DNA from: Octopus bimaculoides
Lineage: Eukaryota
DNA length: 64,000 bases
Direction: 5' to 3'
Assembly: GCF_001194135.2 (NCBI RefSeq)
Contig: NC_068991.1
Span: 76,518,003 to 76,582,002, forward strand
Shown here: positions 1-13,218 of the stretch, piece by piece
Position numbering within the stretch: the first letter of the stretch is position 1
Layout of the letters: each line of letters opens with the position of its first letter
Made by a program: the position numbers and the translations under genes
The notes under the pieces: model-generated
The model's input: only the letters and a program-made list of their open reading frames with translations
Told to the model about the DNA's origin: nothing
Database searches by the model: none

Positions 1-34
1 TATGCATGTGTGCATATGTGTGTGTGTATGTATA

Positions 35-1117
35 CAGGGATTGGACAAAATAATGGAAACACCATAAAATTTCAAACAAATTTATTTTAAAATGAAGTAC
101 GACCGCCTTTGGCAGTAATTACAGCTAGAATTCTACGAGGTATAGACTCATACAAAATTTGAATTGTTTCCAAAGGAATTTTTGTCGATTCTTCAGCTAA
201 AACAGTCTCCAGTTCTTGTAGTGATGATGGTGGACGATATAGACTCCTTACTTGTTTTTCTAAAATGCACCATAAATGTTTACTAATATTGAGATCTGGG
301 GACTGTTGTGACCAGAGAAGAATGTTCCTGTAGAATGTTCCTTGTGCCATTCAGTAACAACTTTAGTTGTGTGAATTGGTGCATTCTCATCCTGAAATAT
401 AGCGTTTTCCACCGGAAACAGTTCCGCAACTATACGATGAATTTGATCAGATGAAATGCTAAAATAGTCTTGACTATTAATTCTTCTATGAAAGGAAACC
501 ATTTGGCTGGCGGATTTCCAAGATATAGCCCACCCCCAGATCATCATAGATCCTCCTCCATGCTTAACAGTTGGGACAAGGCAGTCTAGGTCAAATGCTT
601 CTTTTGGTTGTCTCCATACGTATACTCGGCCGGTGGTCGAGAATAAGGCAAAGGATGACTTGTCCGAGAAAATAACATTCTTCCACTGCTCTAGGGACCA
701 ATTATGTAGGTTTTTACTCCACTCTAAACGCTTGGCAACATTTGTTTTTGAAAGTAATGTCTTTCTGATTGCAGCCCTCCCGTGAAATATGGATTCGTGC
801 AGCTCCCGGTGAACAGTTTTTGCGGAAACTGGGTTCTCGACGTGGACATTAAGCTCTGTAGGGATTTTGTGAGCTGTAATTTTGTGATACTTTCTAACAA
901 TTTGCGTAAGAGTCCGACGGTCCCTATATGAAAGTTTTGGTTTCCATCCGGAGTTTTGTTTCGATGAGGAGGTTTCTCCCTCTTTCTCAAAGGCTGTCAT
1001 TACTTTCGAGACAGCACTTCTTGATACACCAAACATTTCAGCTGTTTTCGTTACGCTAGCGTCTGCCATACGAGCACCAACAATTTGCCCTCTTTGAAAG
1101 TCCGATAGATCTGTCAT
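35..1117 (-). mobile_element. Tc1-family DNA transposon; 3' end intact, 5' end (second TIR) missing
   Basis: TA at 33-34 followed by TIR-like CAGGGATTGGACAAAATAATGGAAACACC. The transposase reads toward this end. No matching TIR found upstream of the ATG; a PLE fragment sits there instead. Confidence 0.9.
87..1117 (-). pseudogene. Tc1 transposase pseudogene (HTH + DD34E domain)
   Basis: N-terminus MTDLSDFQRGQIVGAR; VIFSDKS, GGGSMMIWG and FQDENAPIH motifs; continues in another frame as SPDLNISKHLW...KGGRTSF*. A short duplication (agaatgttcct at 319-329 and 332-342) causes the frameshift. The catalytic E position reads K. Confidence 0.92.
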
Positions 1118-1136
1118 TTAAATGAATTTTAATTAT

Positions 1137-1370
1137 CTTTTGACAAACGTGGGGCATCCTACATAGGAAGCACAACAAGAAAACTGCATATACGTAAAAA
1201 GGAACACATGCAGACAGCCACATCTACAGAAATGCCAGACCCGGTAATTGACAGTGCACATCAGGGCAACACAGCGGAGCAGGAGCAATCTTAGAATCTC
1301 TGAGGCTATCCTCATACATCAAAAGAAACGAAATATCAACAACAGAAGAGAGTTACAGGAAGCTAGCTGG
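1137..1370 (+). mobile_element. Penelope-like element GIY-YIG endonuclease fragment
   Basis: Translates to GASYIGSTTRKLHIRKKEH, then after a frameshift to HLQKC...NLRISEAILIHQKKRNINNRRE, matching the PLE endonuclease YIG..T.R.L..R..EH and C-terminal L.I.EAI.I....IN patterns. Confidence 0.75.
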
Positions 1371-1562
1371 TTGTTCATTGGCAACATTCGTTAATTGTTT
1401 CAAAATGGGGTCATAAACCCGAAATATTGAATGCAAGGTAACTCTATATTAATTCATATATTTGTTTTCTTGCGATTTGCCATGCATTTTCTTTGAATTG
1501 TTCTGGCCCTACCCACGAGCCTTTATAAATATATTCTACACAATCATTCTTAGTAATTATTC

Positions 1563-1596
<34 letters not shown>

Positions 1597-2409
1597 NNNN
1601 NNNNNNNNNNNNNNNNNNNNNNNNNNNNNNNNNNNNNNNNNNNNNNNNNNNNNNNNNNNNNNNNNNNNNNNNNNNNNNNNNNNNNNNNNNNNNNNNNNNN
1701 NNNNNNNNNNNNNNNNNNNNNNNNNNNNNNNNNNNNNNNNNNNNNNNNNNNNNNNNNNNNNNNNNNNNNNNNNNNNNNNNNNNNNNNNNNNNNNNNNNNN
1801 NNNNNNNNNNNNNNNNNNNNNNNNNNNNNNNNNNNNNNNNNNNNNNNNNNNNNNNNNNNNNNNNNNNNNNNNNNNNNNNNNNNNNNNNNNNNNNNNNNNN
1901 NNNNNNNNNNNNNNNNNNNNNNNNNNNNNNNNNNNNNNNNNNNNNNNNNNNNNNNNNNNNNNNNNNNNNNNNNNNNNNNNNNNNNNNNNNNNNNNNNNNN
2001 NNNNNNNNNNNNNNNNNNNNNNNNNNNNNNNNNNNNNNNNNNNNNNNNNNNNNNNNNNNNNNNNNNNNNNNNNNNNNNNNNNNNNNNNNNNNNNNNNNNN
2101 NNNNNNNNNNNNNNNNNNNNNNNNNNNNNNNNNNNNNNNNNNNNNNNNNNNNNNNNNNNNNNNNNNNNNNNNNNNNNNNNNNNNNNNNNNNNNNNNNNNN
2201 NNNNNNNNNNNNNNNNNNNNNNNNNNNNNTGTTGTTAAATGCTTCTAAAAGAAAGGAAAAGAAAAGAAATACAAAAGAAAGAAGCAGAAGAACTTTGTTG
2301 TCAAATGAAACTTGAGACACGAACTTTGCGATGTAAAAATGATTGAAAAGCTTGTAATTGTTTGGAAACTTTGTCAACGTTATTGAACTGTCATGCCATG
2401 TATTGGAAT

Positions 2410-2686
2410 TGTTATTATGTAATGCTCTATTCTAATGTTTTAAATGTATTCTGTGATGTTATGTATGTAAAAAGAAAAGGTTACCCAACGCATGGTCTTC
2501 GTGTTGTTTCTTCCTCCCCGTCCTATTTGCCTGTGTTGTTCTTCGTTACGTGCTCCAGCCGGAGCTTTATTATCGGACGAGGTGACCGAGGCTAGCTTCT
2601 AACTCACTGAGCGTACAAGCGTTCGCGCGCGCGCACGAGTTCCCTCTTCGGTTGAGTGGGCGCTTCGCGTGCGGGCGTTCCTAACA
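2410..2686. mobile_element. Possible solo LTR-like segment
   Basis: Bounded by TGTTA...TAACA, CpG-rich interior, AATAAA on the minus strand. No target-site duplication found. Confidence 0.3.
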
Positions 2687-2689
2687 ATA

Positions 2690-2721
<32 letters not shown>

Positions 2722-3250
2722 CATATATATATACACACACATACATACATACATACATACATACATACATACACGTATATACATACATATACATATATTC
2801 TAAAAGCTCATAAAATCATAAAAAGGTACACCAAGCATCAAGGATTCAAATAAAGTTGTGTTTCTATATAGTTAGCACGTCCGTGTACGCTGAAACTGGA
2901 TTCAGTATTTCTTGTGTTAAGTTGTTCTTTATGTAACCGTTTTTCTCCCGTGGCTACATTTATACGGTTTCAGGTCAAAGTTCACCTGGTGGCTCCTAGC
3001 GCGTGACGTCTCAGAGGACTGTTTGATTGTCGCTCATTTCAGGCAGATCTAATTTTATGCGCATATACTTAAGTTAATCAATGGTTTTCCTTCTGGATAA
3101 GGAAAACCTTGATTTTATTTTTACTTTGAATAATTTAAATATTTAATGACTGCATTTTTAAATTACATTTTTCCCAATGTTACCCAATCAGCAAAACAGG
3201 ACAGCAACTATAATTGCACCCTCCTATGTTTGTAAATTGCTACTAGTAAC

Positions 3251-3462
3251 CCTTTCTACTGTAGGCACAAGACCTGACGTTCGCGGGGAGGCGGACACTC
3301 GATTAGATCGACACCAGTACGTAACTGGTACTTAATTTATTGACCCCGAAAGGATGAAAGGCAAAGTCGACCTCGGCGGAATTTGAACTCAGAACGTAAT
3401 GACTGACGAAATACCGCAAAGAATTTCACCCGGCGTGCTACCGATTCTGCCAGCTCGCCGAC
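3251..3462 (-). mobile_element. tRNA-derived SINE, family A (GGCGGCGAGCTGGCAGAA head)
   Basis: Head, B-box-like GAGTTCAAATTCC and core GTCGACTTTGCCTTTCATCCTTTCGGGGTC, shared with many other copies in the window. Confidence 0.85.
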
Positions 3463-3473
3463 TTTACTTACTA

Positions 3474-3723
3474 TTAGGTTGGTGCATAATTATTGCGGCT
3501 TTTTTTGTTTTCAACAAATTTTATTCAACAAAACCAATAACAATATTTAACAAAAACATCTTCAAATGACGGTCTGACCGTCGACCAAGCATATGGGAAG
3601 CAGTAATTGAAGTAGATGGTGAATATGCTCCAGAATAATCATTTAAAGATGTTTTTGTTACATGTTGTTTTTGTTAAATAAAATTTGTTGAGAAAAAGCC
3701 GCAATAATTATGCATCAACCCAA
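3474..3723 (+). mobile_element. mariner MITE / deletion derivative, 250 bp
   Basis: TA|TTAGGTTGGTGCATAATTATTGCGGCTTTTT ... AAAAAGCCGCAATAATTATGCATCAACCCAA|TA. The TIR resembles the Hsmar1/MADE1 type. The interior retains a transposase C-terminus (SIWEAVIEVDGEYAPE*). Confidence 0.9.
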
Positions 3724-4889
3724 TACTAACAATGAAAAAAAAGTCACCATTAGTTTCGAAGAATTCCGTTAAATATCTACTCATTGAAAAGAAGCTTATA
3801 AAATCATACACCAACATGACTGTTGCAAACATGCAAATTAAATGTGCAAAGGAAGATGCATCAACAACTTTATGAAGATTTCACAAGTACCTTCAACACA
3901 TGGCTTTCTCTTATGCTCATATTTCCAAGAAGAAAATTTGATATTTGGTTTGCAGAATAATTCCACAGCAAAAACATGATGCGCTAGATTTAAGCTAATT
4001 TTTCTGTAATAAATCAACAAAGAAGCATGAGATAAGTGATGCCATCTTCAGATTTTCATAAGTCTACTCTGTAGGACTGCCTTAAAACAAGTGGTCAAAG
4101 TCAAGAAAATATTTAATGACCATAAAATATCCATAATTAATCCTAGCCAGTTGGCATAAACTATTTTACTACGCCAGTAAAATTTGCCAGTTCGTTGCTT
4201 TAAATGTACAGTACATTTATCATACAATCTAGAAAAACAAAACAAAAATGGCATTGATTCAAATACACATCATAAAACCATCGATGTTGAAAATAGACAC
4301 TGTGAATAAAATCAACTTGTTTGTTGTTATTTATTCTTATTTTTATTTTTTATTTATTTATTTTTCCTTTCTTTTTATTTTGGTTCGTTGAATCATAAAA
4401 TCTGCTTTGATATCTTGCTGAATACTAACTAAATTCTATACGTTTTGGTTTTATTGCCACCCGCTTTGTCTTGAATTAAGCAGATGTATATACCCGATTG
4501 TGTCCAACCTTGATTTATGTTCAATTTCGGACAATAAAGACAACACACAATATCACACAAATCATTTTTACGCTTTCTTTCTTTTGTATTTTATCGAATG
4601 CAATTTGTAATTCTACCCGTCAGAATGTGTTTATGTTTATTATTTTCTATCGGTCTGGAGTTTTGAGGGGTTTTTTATCACCATTATTATTAGTAGTATC
4701 TCACTATGTCTGCCTTTACGTGACTTCATCCACAAAGGTGTATGTTTTATGTTTTCTGTGTTACCATTTCTCGTTGTGTATTTCAATCAGCGAATCAATT
4801 TTTTTCGATATATCAGTGTTGCTCTTAAATTATATAATTGTGCAGATAAGAATACATGGCAATATTGTATGTATTTGCCTACACACACA

Positions 4890-4922
<33 letters not shown>

Positions 4923-5892
4923 GCACACACACACACATATATATACATGTGTGTACGTGTGTGTGTATGTGTGTGTGTGGTGTGGTGTCATGTTCCTTTG
5001 TTTGAAAACTTCTCGCGAATCGACGAAGAGTCGGTCTCTAACCAAAGAATAAGACTTAGGATTTTTCGATATCAACGAGGCAGTCACTTACGTATCTTCA
5101 GACGTATGTGTGTGTGTGTGTTCAAGCACGCTACTGCCTGCATGATCTGTGACTTTAGAGTTATGTATATGTACTCATGTCTCTCTAAGAGTCACTTCAT
5201 TACTTAATAATGCTTTGAAATGTTTTAAATATTTTACAGCTGTATTTCCTACTTCGTTGTACTTTTCTGGTTTTGCAAAGCCCAGCCTCCCTCGACTGAG
5301 GTTGCGGCATTTTACTAGTAAACGCGGTGTCCAGAAATAACTTATAAATCTAAAGTTATAAGTCCAAATCCTGTATCTGCAGTGATACGTCACTTGAACT
5401 TTAGATATTTTATTTACTTTTCATTAATTTTACATAGACTCTATATCTATACTCTATGCCACAAAGTATAGGTATCATTTTTTTTCTTTAACCTCATCTT
5501 AAGAACTGATCTGTTCTATCAACATTTTACAAATGCGTTCTCGGAAAAAAATCCACCAATATTATATATCCGGTCATTTCAAAACGTAATCACGTGTGTA
5601 TTGTTGGCGATTCTCCTCCTTCTTTTCGCCTTAACTCGAAAAGAGAGAAAGCGAGAGAGAGGCAATTATGCGAATTAACAAATTAGATGCATCAAATATA
5701 TTAAATATATGGATATGAAATACTATATATATATATATATATATATATGCAAAACGAGAGAAAGCAAGAGGTGGATACATTCAGACGATGAATATTTAAG
5801 TATAAATATATAGATGCTTATATTAATAGGTTCAACTTACACAGAGTTCAAAGGACAGAGAAAATTAAAGGGGTGGAAGAAAGGTGTTATAA

Positions 5893-6014
5893 GTCCAACA
5901 GCTGTTTCTGGGGGCTCAGAGACCCATAATAATGTTGGTAGATTTAGTTCATCACAATATGGGCCGTATGGATGCAATTAACATTGGTTAAAACGAGCCT
6001 CCGTCGTCAAGGTA
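5893..6014 (-). ncRNA. Degenerate hammerhead-like motif with long stem II, probably a PLE end
   Basis: Minus strand reads cc-TTGACGA-cgg...cca-GAAA-CAGCTG-TT-gg, with palindromic ACAGCTGT at stem III. C3 reads T and stem I is only 2 bp. Confidence 0.3.
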
Positions 6015-7828
6015 GAGTAGATCTTACATTTCATATCTTAATGCCGAGAAGTTCAAAGATGGAATATTTATATTTAATCCCACAAGATTATCCGAAGGGC
6101 ATCAGCTTTCAGATTTCTTCTACAAAACGTATAAAGTGTTCGCTGTAAGTCTAAATGATATTACAAACAAACTATCCTTTTCAGACAGTAAATTTCGCTA
6201 TACTTTATTTTAGCAATGACATTGTGAGACGTTGCAATCAGCCCTTACATTTAATCTGAAGATGGTGGTCAAGTTTTCTATAACTTTGATTATAGTCTCC
6301 TTGACTAGTATGATTTCTTCTAATCCAGACAAATCGCATCGGAGAATCTCTAATAGTGTAAACTCCTTTTCCCCAGCTGCTTGTTGGCTCTAAGGATATT
6401 GCAACTATCACAGGTATGTATTCATGCATGTAGGTATGTATATATGTAAGTATGTGTATGAAATTGTACGTATGCATAGATGCATAGCTGGAAGAATAAA
6501 GAGAAGGCTGGATGGAGGGAAGGAGAGATTCATGGATGGACGAAGAGAGACAGAGATGAATGCATGGAAATAGTTATACTGCGTCAAAAGGAACTATTTT
6601 AAATTGAACTGAAACATTCTCCTCTAAAGTATTTTTGTTTCCTATTCTATGCTCAATTCTAAAATACTTCACTAGTTAGACACTGGACTAGTAGAACTGA
6701 TCAGGTTAAAATATGTTATGCAATCACCAGACTGTTTATTAGAATCATAAATACTCATGACTGCTGTAAAATCGTTATTGTTATCGACTCAAGTTGAAAA
6801 CCTTAGACGACATAATTATCTCTGGAAACATGTTTTATTTGTTGAATTCTAATGCATTTTTAAATTTTTTTTTTCTTACCTGTCTTCAGTTTATCGTATT
6901 TCACTTCGTTAATTGTAATTCGCTGTGACTCCATTTAGTTTATTTTTTTAAAAAAAACTTAGATGAAGCAATTAAAAACAAGAAACTAAAATATAATCAT
7001 TTCTTCCAAATTTATGCTAGCAATTAGCTTGTTTGGTTCAGTAAAGTTTATTTATCCAATTCGTTTTAAATAATAAGTTTCCATTCATTACCGAACACTG
7101 CGTTGTGGTTGTAGGATTCTGCATTGCAGAAAATTCTAGATACTGTATTTAAGCAGCTAAAAAGTGGAGAGGATTTTCCTAATATCTCTGGGGAAACAGA
7201 AACAACACTTTAAGATTATTGATTTCTCTCCTTTACAGANNNNNNNNNNNNNNNNNNNNNNNNNNNNNNNNNNNNNNNNNNNNNNNNNNNNNNNNNNNNN
7301 NNNNNNNNNNNNNNNNNNNNNNNNNNNNNNNNNNNNNNNNNNNNNNNNNNNNNNNNNNNNNNNNNNNNNNNNNNNNNNNNNNNNNNNNNNNNNNNNNNNN
7401 NNNNNNNNNNNNNNNNNNNNNNNNNNNNNNNNNNNNNNNNNNNNNNNNNNNNNNNNNNNNNNNNNNNNNNNNNNNNNNNNNNNNNNNNNNNNNNNNNNNN
7501 NNNNNNNNNNNNNNNNNNNNNNNNNNNNNNNNNNNNNNNNNNNNNNNNNNNNNNNNNNNNNNNNNNNNNNNNNNNNNNNNNNNNNNNNNNNNNNNNNNNN
7601 NNNNNNNNNNNNNNNNNNNNNNNNNNNNNNNNNNNNNNNNNNNNNNNNNNNNNNNNNNNNNNNNNNNNNNNNNNNNNNNNNNNNNNNNNNNNNNNNNNNN
7701 NNNNNNNNNNNNNNNNNNNNNNNNNNNNNNNNNNNNNNNNNNNNNNNNNNNNNNNNNNNNNNNNNNNNNNNNNNNNNNNNNNNNNNNNNNNNNNNNNNNN
7801 NATTATATCACATCATGTCATATGTTAA

Positions 7829-7985
7829 GGCAGCGAGCTGGCAGAATCGTGAGCCCGCGGGACGGAATACTTAGCTGTATTTCACCCGTCGCTACGTTCT
7901 GAGTTCAAATTCCGACTTTGCCGTTCATCTTTTCGGGGTTGATGAATTTAGTACCAGTGAAAAACACTGGAGGCGATGTAATAAT
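7829..7985 (+). mobile_element. SINE family A, diverged
   Basis: GGCAGCGAGCTGGCAGAATCG head, GAGTTCAAATTCC, core fragment. Confidence 0.75.
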
Positions 7986-8032
7986 ACCCAAGCAATCCTT
8001 GTGGCAAAAATTAGAAATCATTATATAATATG

Positions 8033-8420
8033 TTACTTGTTTCAATAATGGGACTGCGTTCATGCTGGGGCACCGCCTTGGAGATATTTATTCGAACAAA
8101 TTGACCCTAGTACATATTTTTTTTCAAGTCCTGGTACTTATCCTATCGGTTCTCTTTTGCGAAGCTGCTAAGTTACAGGGACGTAAACACACCAACAACG
8201 GCTATTGGACGGCGCTGGAAAACAAAACGAGCACACACAAAAACGTTTGTGTGTGCGTCTGTCCCTCTGTCTGCCTGTCTACCAAATTCACTACCATAAT
8301 TTTGGATGACCCCAGGCTATATTTGAAAACACTTGCCTAAGATACCCGGCTGTGGGACTGTGCCCGGAACATTGTTATAGGGAAACAAACCTCTTACCCA
8401 ACATCAATAACCCTGCGCTA
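8033..8420 (-). mobile_element. SINE family C (AGGCGCAGG.GTGGCTGTGTGG head), diverged
   Basis: Homologous to copies at 39676-40045 and 50596-51025 (catgctggagcaccgcc and gttacggggacgtaaacacacc segments). Confidence 0.7.
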
Positions 8421-8909
8421 CAAGATTTTGAACCAAAATTTTGTTTAATATAATTATATAATACATATGGCTGGTTCTCTGTGAGCTTCAGCGACGAGAA
8501 TTCAACTAATCGGTCAATTAAATTATTCACTTATTGAATTACGATGTAGGTAGCTACCACATATATACATATATATANNNNNNNNNNNNNNNNNNNNNNN
8601 NNNNNNNNNNNNNNNNNNNNNNNNNNNNNNNNNNNNNNNNNNNNNNNNNNNNNNNNNNNNNNNNNATATATATATATTATATGCATTATACATATTATAT
8701 GCATATGTGTGTGTAGAAATATGTCTGTGTGCGTGTGAAACAGAGAGAGAGTGGGAGAGAGAAAGAAGCATGGTGTTGTCTTTCATCCATTTAAGAGTCG
8801 ATAAAATAAACATGAGTTAAGCATTGACGGGGGTCGATATCATCGACTGACTCCCCATCCCCAGAATCTTCTGGCCTTTTTAATATTAATCTAATATTAA
8901 TCGTCGGTA

Positions 8910-9128
8910 GGCGGCGAGCTGGCAGAAACGTCAGCACGCCGGGCGAAATGCTAAGCGGTGTTTCGTTTGTCTTTACGTTCTGAGTTCAAAATTCCGCCGA
9001 GGTCGTCTTTGCCTTTCATCCTTTCGGGGTCGATAAATTAAGTACCAGTGCGTACTGGGTCCGGTCTCATTGACTGGCCCCCCTCTCCCCAAAAATTTCG
9101 GGCCTTGCGCCTAGAGTAGAAAAAGAAT
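8910..9128 (+). mobile_element. SINE family A
   Basis: Full head, core and ccttgcgcctagagtagaaaaag tail. Confidence 0.85.
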
Positions 9129-12100
9129 ATCATAGAATGCATCATATTAAAGGTGTTCTTGCCGGGAAGGGGATTTGATCTGCGATTATGTGTTTAACCT
9201 AAAGCAATTACAACGTCCAAGACACATAAAGCATTCAAAATTACGTAAAGACTCTTAACTTCACTTAAATATTTATCATTTGGAGTCAAACTTTTCGTAG
9301 CCCCAACTACAACCTAATCACTAACATGGTTTGAGGTGAGCTTGTTAGGACGCATCATATAATTTCCAGGGTTATCATTTTTCCATATATAGAAGTCAGT
9401 CGTTCTGGTTGAGTGCCGCAGTTGGTCAGTTAATATTATAATTACGTAAACTATGAAAACACTCAAATGTATTTAGTAACAATTCTCTTTGTCCCTAGAG
9501 GTGCCACGGTAAAAGCCTGTCGGTGGTCGCAAGATCTGTTAGAAATAGCTGCCAAATCCCCACCACCACCACCCAACAATAATATGCAGGAGTTATTAAA
9601 ATCGATCGACACAACGGATTATTTTGTTAAGGTTACGTAAAGGATTATAGAATGTTAATGATTGTTATACCTTTGAAGATACGTTTATTCGATCAGGGAT
9701 AATTTAACGATAAGCCCCAAACTTTCAAGGAAATGCTTGAAATATTTAATGTAATTCGTTCCTTCCCGCTTTTGTCTTTGTTTGTTTGTTCTTTGTAGGT
9801 GTGTGTGTGTTTATTTTAAATATTGTTCACCTGGTGTCTGTGAAAAGCTTCTGTCTGTGGAAAGTTTCTGCTGCAATATAAAGATAAACACTTTATCATC
9901 TATCAACCAATTCCCGAAACATAGAAACATAAACATCGACTGAAACGGTTTAAAAAGCAACAAATGTATTTAAAACAAAATACAAAACTACAAAGAAGTC
10001 TTACAATACAATAACAACTAGTAAAATAAAGAACGGAGAGAAATCAATAATCTTAATGTGGTGTTTCTCTTTCAATTCACCACAAATACGTTTTGTAAAA
10101 GACATAAACTTCGCACCGTGCCACCAAAACCAAAGTATAGCCCTCTGTTTTGTTACTTTCTCTACTTGAATTAGTAACCAAATATCTCAAATCAGATGCT
10201 ATTGCTTACAAACAGTGAAGGACACAATGCATCGGACGGTTCTGGATACGATAACCTGGGCAAAATATAATGACATAATGGTCCAGGATGGAATGATCTT
10301 GATGATCAATACGATCGATCAAGCCTGACATCTGGCTTAGCTTTCTACAATCTAACAATATCGTTTTTCCTTCCTCTTCACCTATTTTTGGTTTCTATAT
10401 TCTAATAAAGAATAAAATAACAGACATTACAATACCCGATATTTTCCAGTTCCATCTTTACTTTAATGAGTCTGTCTGAGGTCGTTATTTCTGATTACTG
10501 CCAAACCAGAATTTGGAAAATTACTGTCGAAAGTAATGGAAGAATGAAAATGAATTATGCTGTGAATTTCACTACAATCTTTGTTTCCGTTTCCTTTTAG
10601 CTTATAGTTGAGCTTGTTGTTATTGTTGTAGTCGTTAAAATTGGATCATAGCCATGCCTTCCCTATCATTTCATAACTTTTTTTTAATTCTCTCTCACTT
10701 GTCTGGATATTTACATTTGTTTGCAACATATTTAGAACATTTTAAAACTTCGTCTTGCTAAATTCCAAGGAAGAATTGTTTTTCTCTTCGCTGCCAAATA
10801 TTTTCCATTCCGTTCGTCCGTTTTATATTTATTTCATTTGATTCTTGCTGTAAGAACAGGACGGTCTGCACAGATATTAAGGCGCCTCATGAATAAGGGT
10901 AAGATCAAATTGGCATATATTTCGGTTTGAGAGATAATTTAGCAAAATTTTTATCATATTGATTTTTCACATGAATGCAAAACCACACATTTCGCTGAGG
11001 AAGTTTCGAGACTAGATTAAGTGGAACCAATGCCTTTCTCAATGACATTTTCGATAAAAATGAATTGACCGCAATCGAAAATTGGTTTTGTTCTAGTAGA
11101 AGCTAAAGTAGAATACTTAAGCTACAATAAAACATCAAATATTAGGAACATTAAAAAGTTAAGAGATAAAGAAACATTAGTTTCCGACAGGCCATCCCGA
11201 GATGCCCCTGGAGACACATCAACAATCAGCCACCCTCACACAGGCAATCTAGCCATGGCTGATCAAGTCCCAGTATATTTCCAGTTAGTATTACTGAAAA
11301 ATCTGGAACCCCTGGTAGCACCGCCCCTTCTACAGCTCACATCTTCCGCCCCTTCCACAGCTCACATCTCCTGATCTACAATCACCTTGATGCAACCTCT
11401 GCTGCATCCACCACCAACTTTCTGTGATTAAAAAGAATTAAAATACTTTTTCATCGATGTTTTTAACTCATTGCATTATTATTTTTAGCTAGCTTTTTGA
11501 TGCTATTTGTATTAAGTATTTTAAAAGTAATTTACTTGTACTTTCCATGCGAATGGTGTCCCTGAATTATGTAGTCTGTATTTTACTGTGTACAATTGCG
11601 CATAATACAATGAAATAATGGATTAATAAATTCTCATGGAACATTCACGGTTATAAAAATTCAGTCGATTCCTCCAAATAAGCTACATTTCGGGGATTAA
11701 ATAAAAACGCTTTTTAATTTCTCGTTATTATATAATACTTAATTAAATATGCAATTAAATATATACGTAAATCAATTAATACATGGACAGTTGTATATAA
11801 TGTACATTACTATTCAGTGCTCAGGTAATTGATTCATCTGTCAAAGTTTTAGAGGAATACAGAATCATACTGAAAGTAGTATAGCAGGTAATTGTCATTG
11901 CTACGCTTGTGGATGGGCCTACAGAGAGAGAGAGAGATAGGAAGAAGATATACACTTCCAGTTATAAGTTATATGTTCATATATATGCATTTATGAGTCA
12001 AGAGTAAAATGCTATAAAAGGAAATTGCTTTTAGAGACAGCAAAAAGTTGATAGAATTAGAGAGAAATGAACCAAAGATTTGATTGAATTTGCAATACTC

Positions 12101-12229
12101 TTGTATTTTTCATTGAGTCCAGCCATTCATTAGAAACAGCGTTATTGTGGCATACCTTCAGTGACATTATGACGATTGAATCGATTCCAGTTATTTCAGT
12201 AATGCTAAATTAATCTTTCGCGCTGATCT

Positions 12230-12459
12230 TCGAATCTGTAAGTAGTAGACCATAATAAGCACATCATAAGCATTATCCCGATTAACTGGTTTAAACCAAT
12301 GTCTTGTCTAATCATCTTCGTTTTGCCCTTAATAGTATTGTCACTGAGGTTTCTATCAGAGTTTTTAACCTATCGCCTTATGAGGATAGCTTTAATAATC
12401 ATGTCCCGTACTATAACCAGGCTCTCCGGAATAGCGGCTTCCGCGATAAGATCTCATAT
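12230..12459 (+). mobile_element. PLE reverse transcriptase C-terminal (thumb) fragment
   Basis: SNHLRFALNSIVTEVSIRVFNLSPYEDSFNNHVPYYNQALRNSGFRDKISY matches the PLE SNHP...R...LS..E..F.....Y..AL..SG...I.Y pattern. Confidence 0.75.
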
Positions 12460-12507
12460 ACATTATTTTCTACATCTGACATATTTGTCCTCATCTTGTT
12501 TGTTGTT

Positions 12508-12553
12508 AGCACAACGTTTCGGCTGATATACCCTCCAGCCTTCATCATGTGTC
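12508..12553 (-). ncRNA. Minimal type I hammerhead ribozyme (C3->A in this copy)
   Basis: GACAC-ATGATGA-A-GGCTG(gagggtatat)CAGCC-GAAA-CG-TT|GTGCT: 5-bp stem II, ACGT palindromic stem III, 4 of 5 stem I pairs. Confidence 0.7.
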
Positions 12554-12616
12554 TTGAGGAAATTTCGAACCTGGGTTCTCATTCCTAAGGTATTTTTCTA
12601 TATTATTATTATTATT

Positions 12617-13156
12617 GTTCAGTAGTTTTATTTTTATAACGTGCTTTCACTTCACTACCGAGCGCAGCTCTATGTGCCTTGGGTATGTGCTGTGGTTTGC
12701 TGTGATGCTCTTATGGTTACTGTATTGAAAGTGTTTTGCGTAGGATGTGTGCAGTGCCCAGTAGTGCAATTTTCTGTATGTTATATATATTTGTAAGTCC
12801 TGGTGTTTNNNNNNNNNNNNNNNNNNNNNNNNNNNNNNNNNNNNNNNNNNNNNNNNNNNNNNNNNNNNNNNNNNNNNNNNNNNNNNNNNNNNNNNNNNNN
12901 NNNNNNNNNNNNNNNNNNNNNNNNNNNNNNNNNNATCTGCTGGTATTGATACATCAATTAGGAAGCATTTTTTTTTTCTTCATGATCTTTGACAACTATA
13001 TCTGGTTTATTTGCCTTAATTTCGCTATCTGTGTGTATTGGCATATCCCAGAGTATGGTTGCTTTCTCGTTTTCTGTGACCTTTTTTGGCGTGTGTTTAT
13101 ACCATCTTTTTTCTGTTGTTATTCCATAGTGTTGGCATAGCTTCCAGTGTATATAG

Positions 13157-13157
<1 letters not shown>
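12617..13157 (-). mobile_element. R4/Dong-clade LINE 3' fragment (restriction-like endonuclease region and 3' UTR)
   Basis: TYIHWKLCQHYG...WYKHTP..V.ENEKATILWDMPIHTD..IKANKPDIVVKD..(frameshift)..CFLIDVSIPAD, then a gap, then QKIALLGTAHILRKTL*. (TAA)n lies on both sides (12601-12616, 13158-13216). Confidence 0.85.

Positions 13158-13216
<59 letters not shown>

Positions 13217-13218
<2 letters not shown>

Noticed and set aside
11321-11369. 24-bp direct repeat in a C-rich stretch; also (GTGTGCACAG)n at about 34400-34440 and a 20-bp repeat at about 52972-53016
   Set aside because: Simple local slippage duplications with no further structure.
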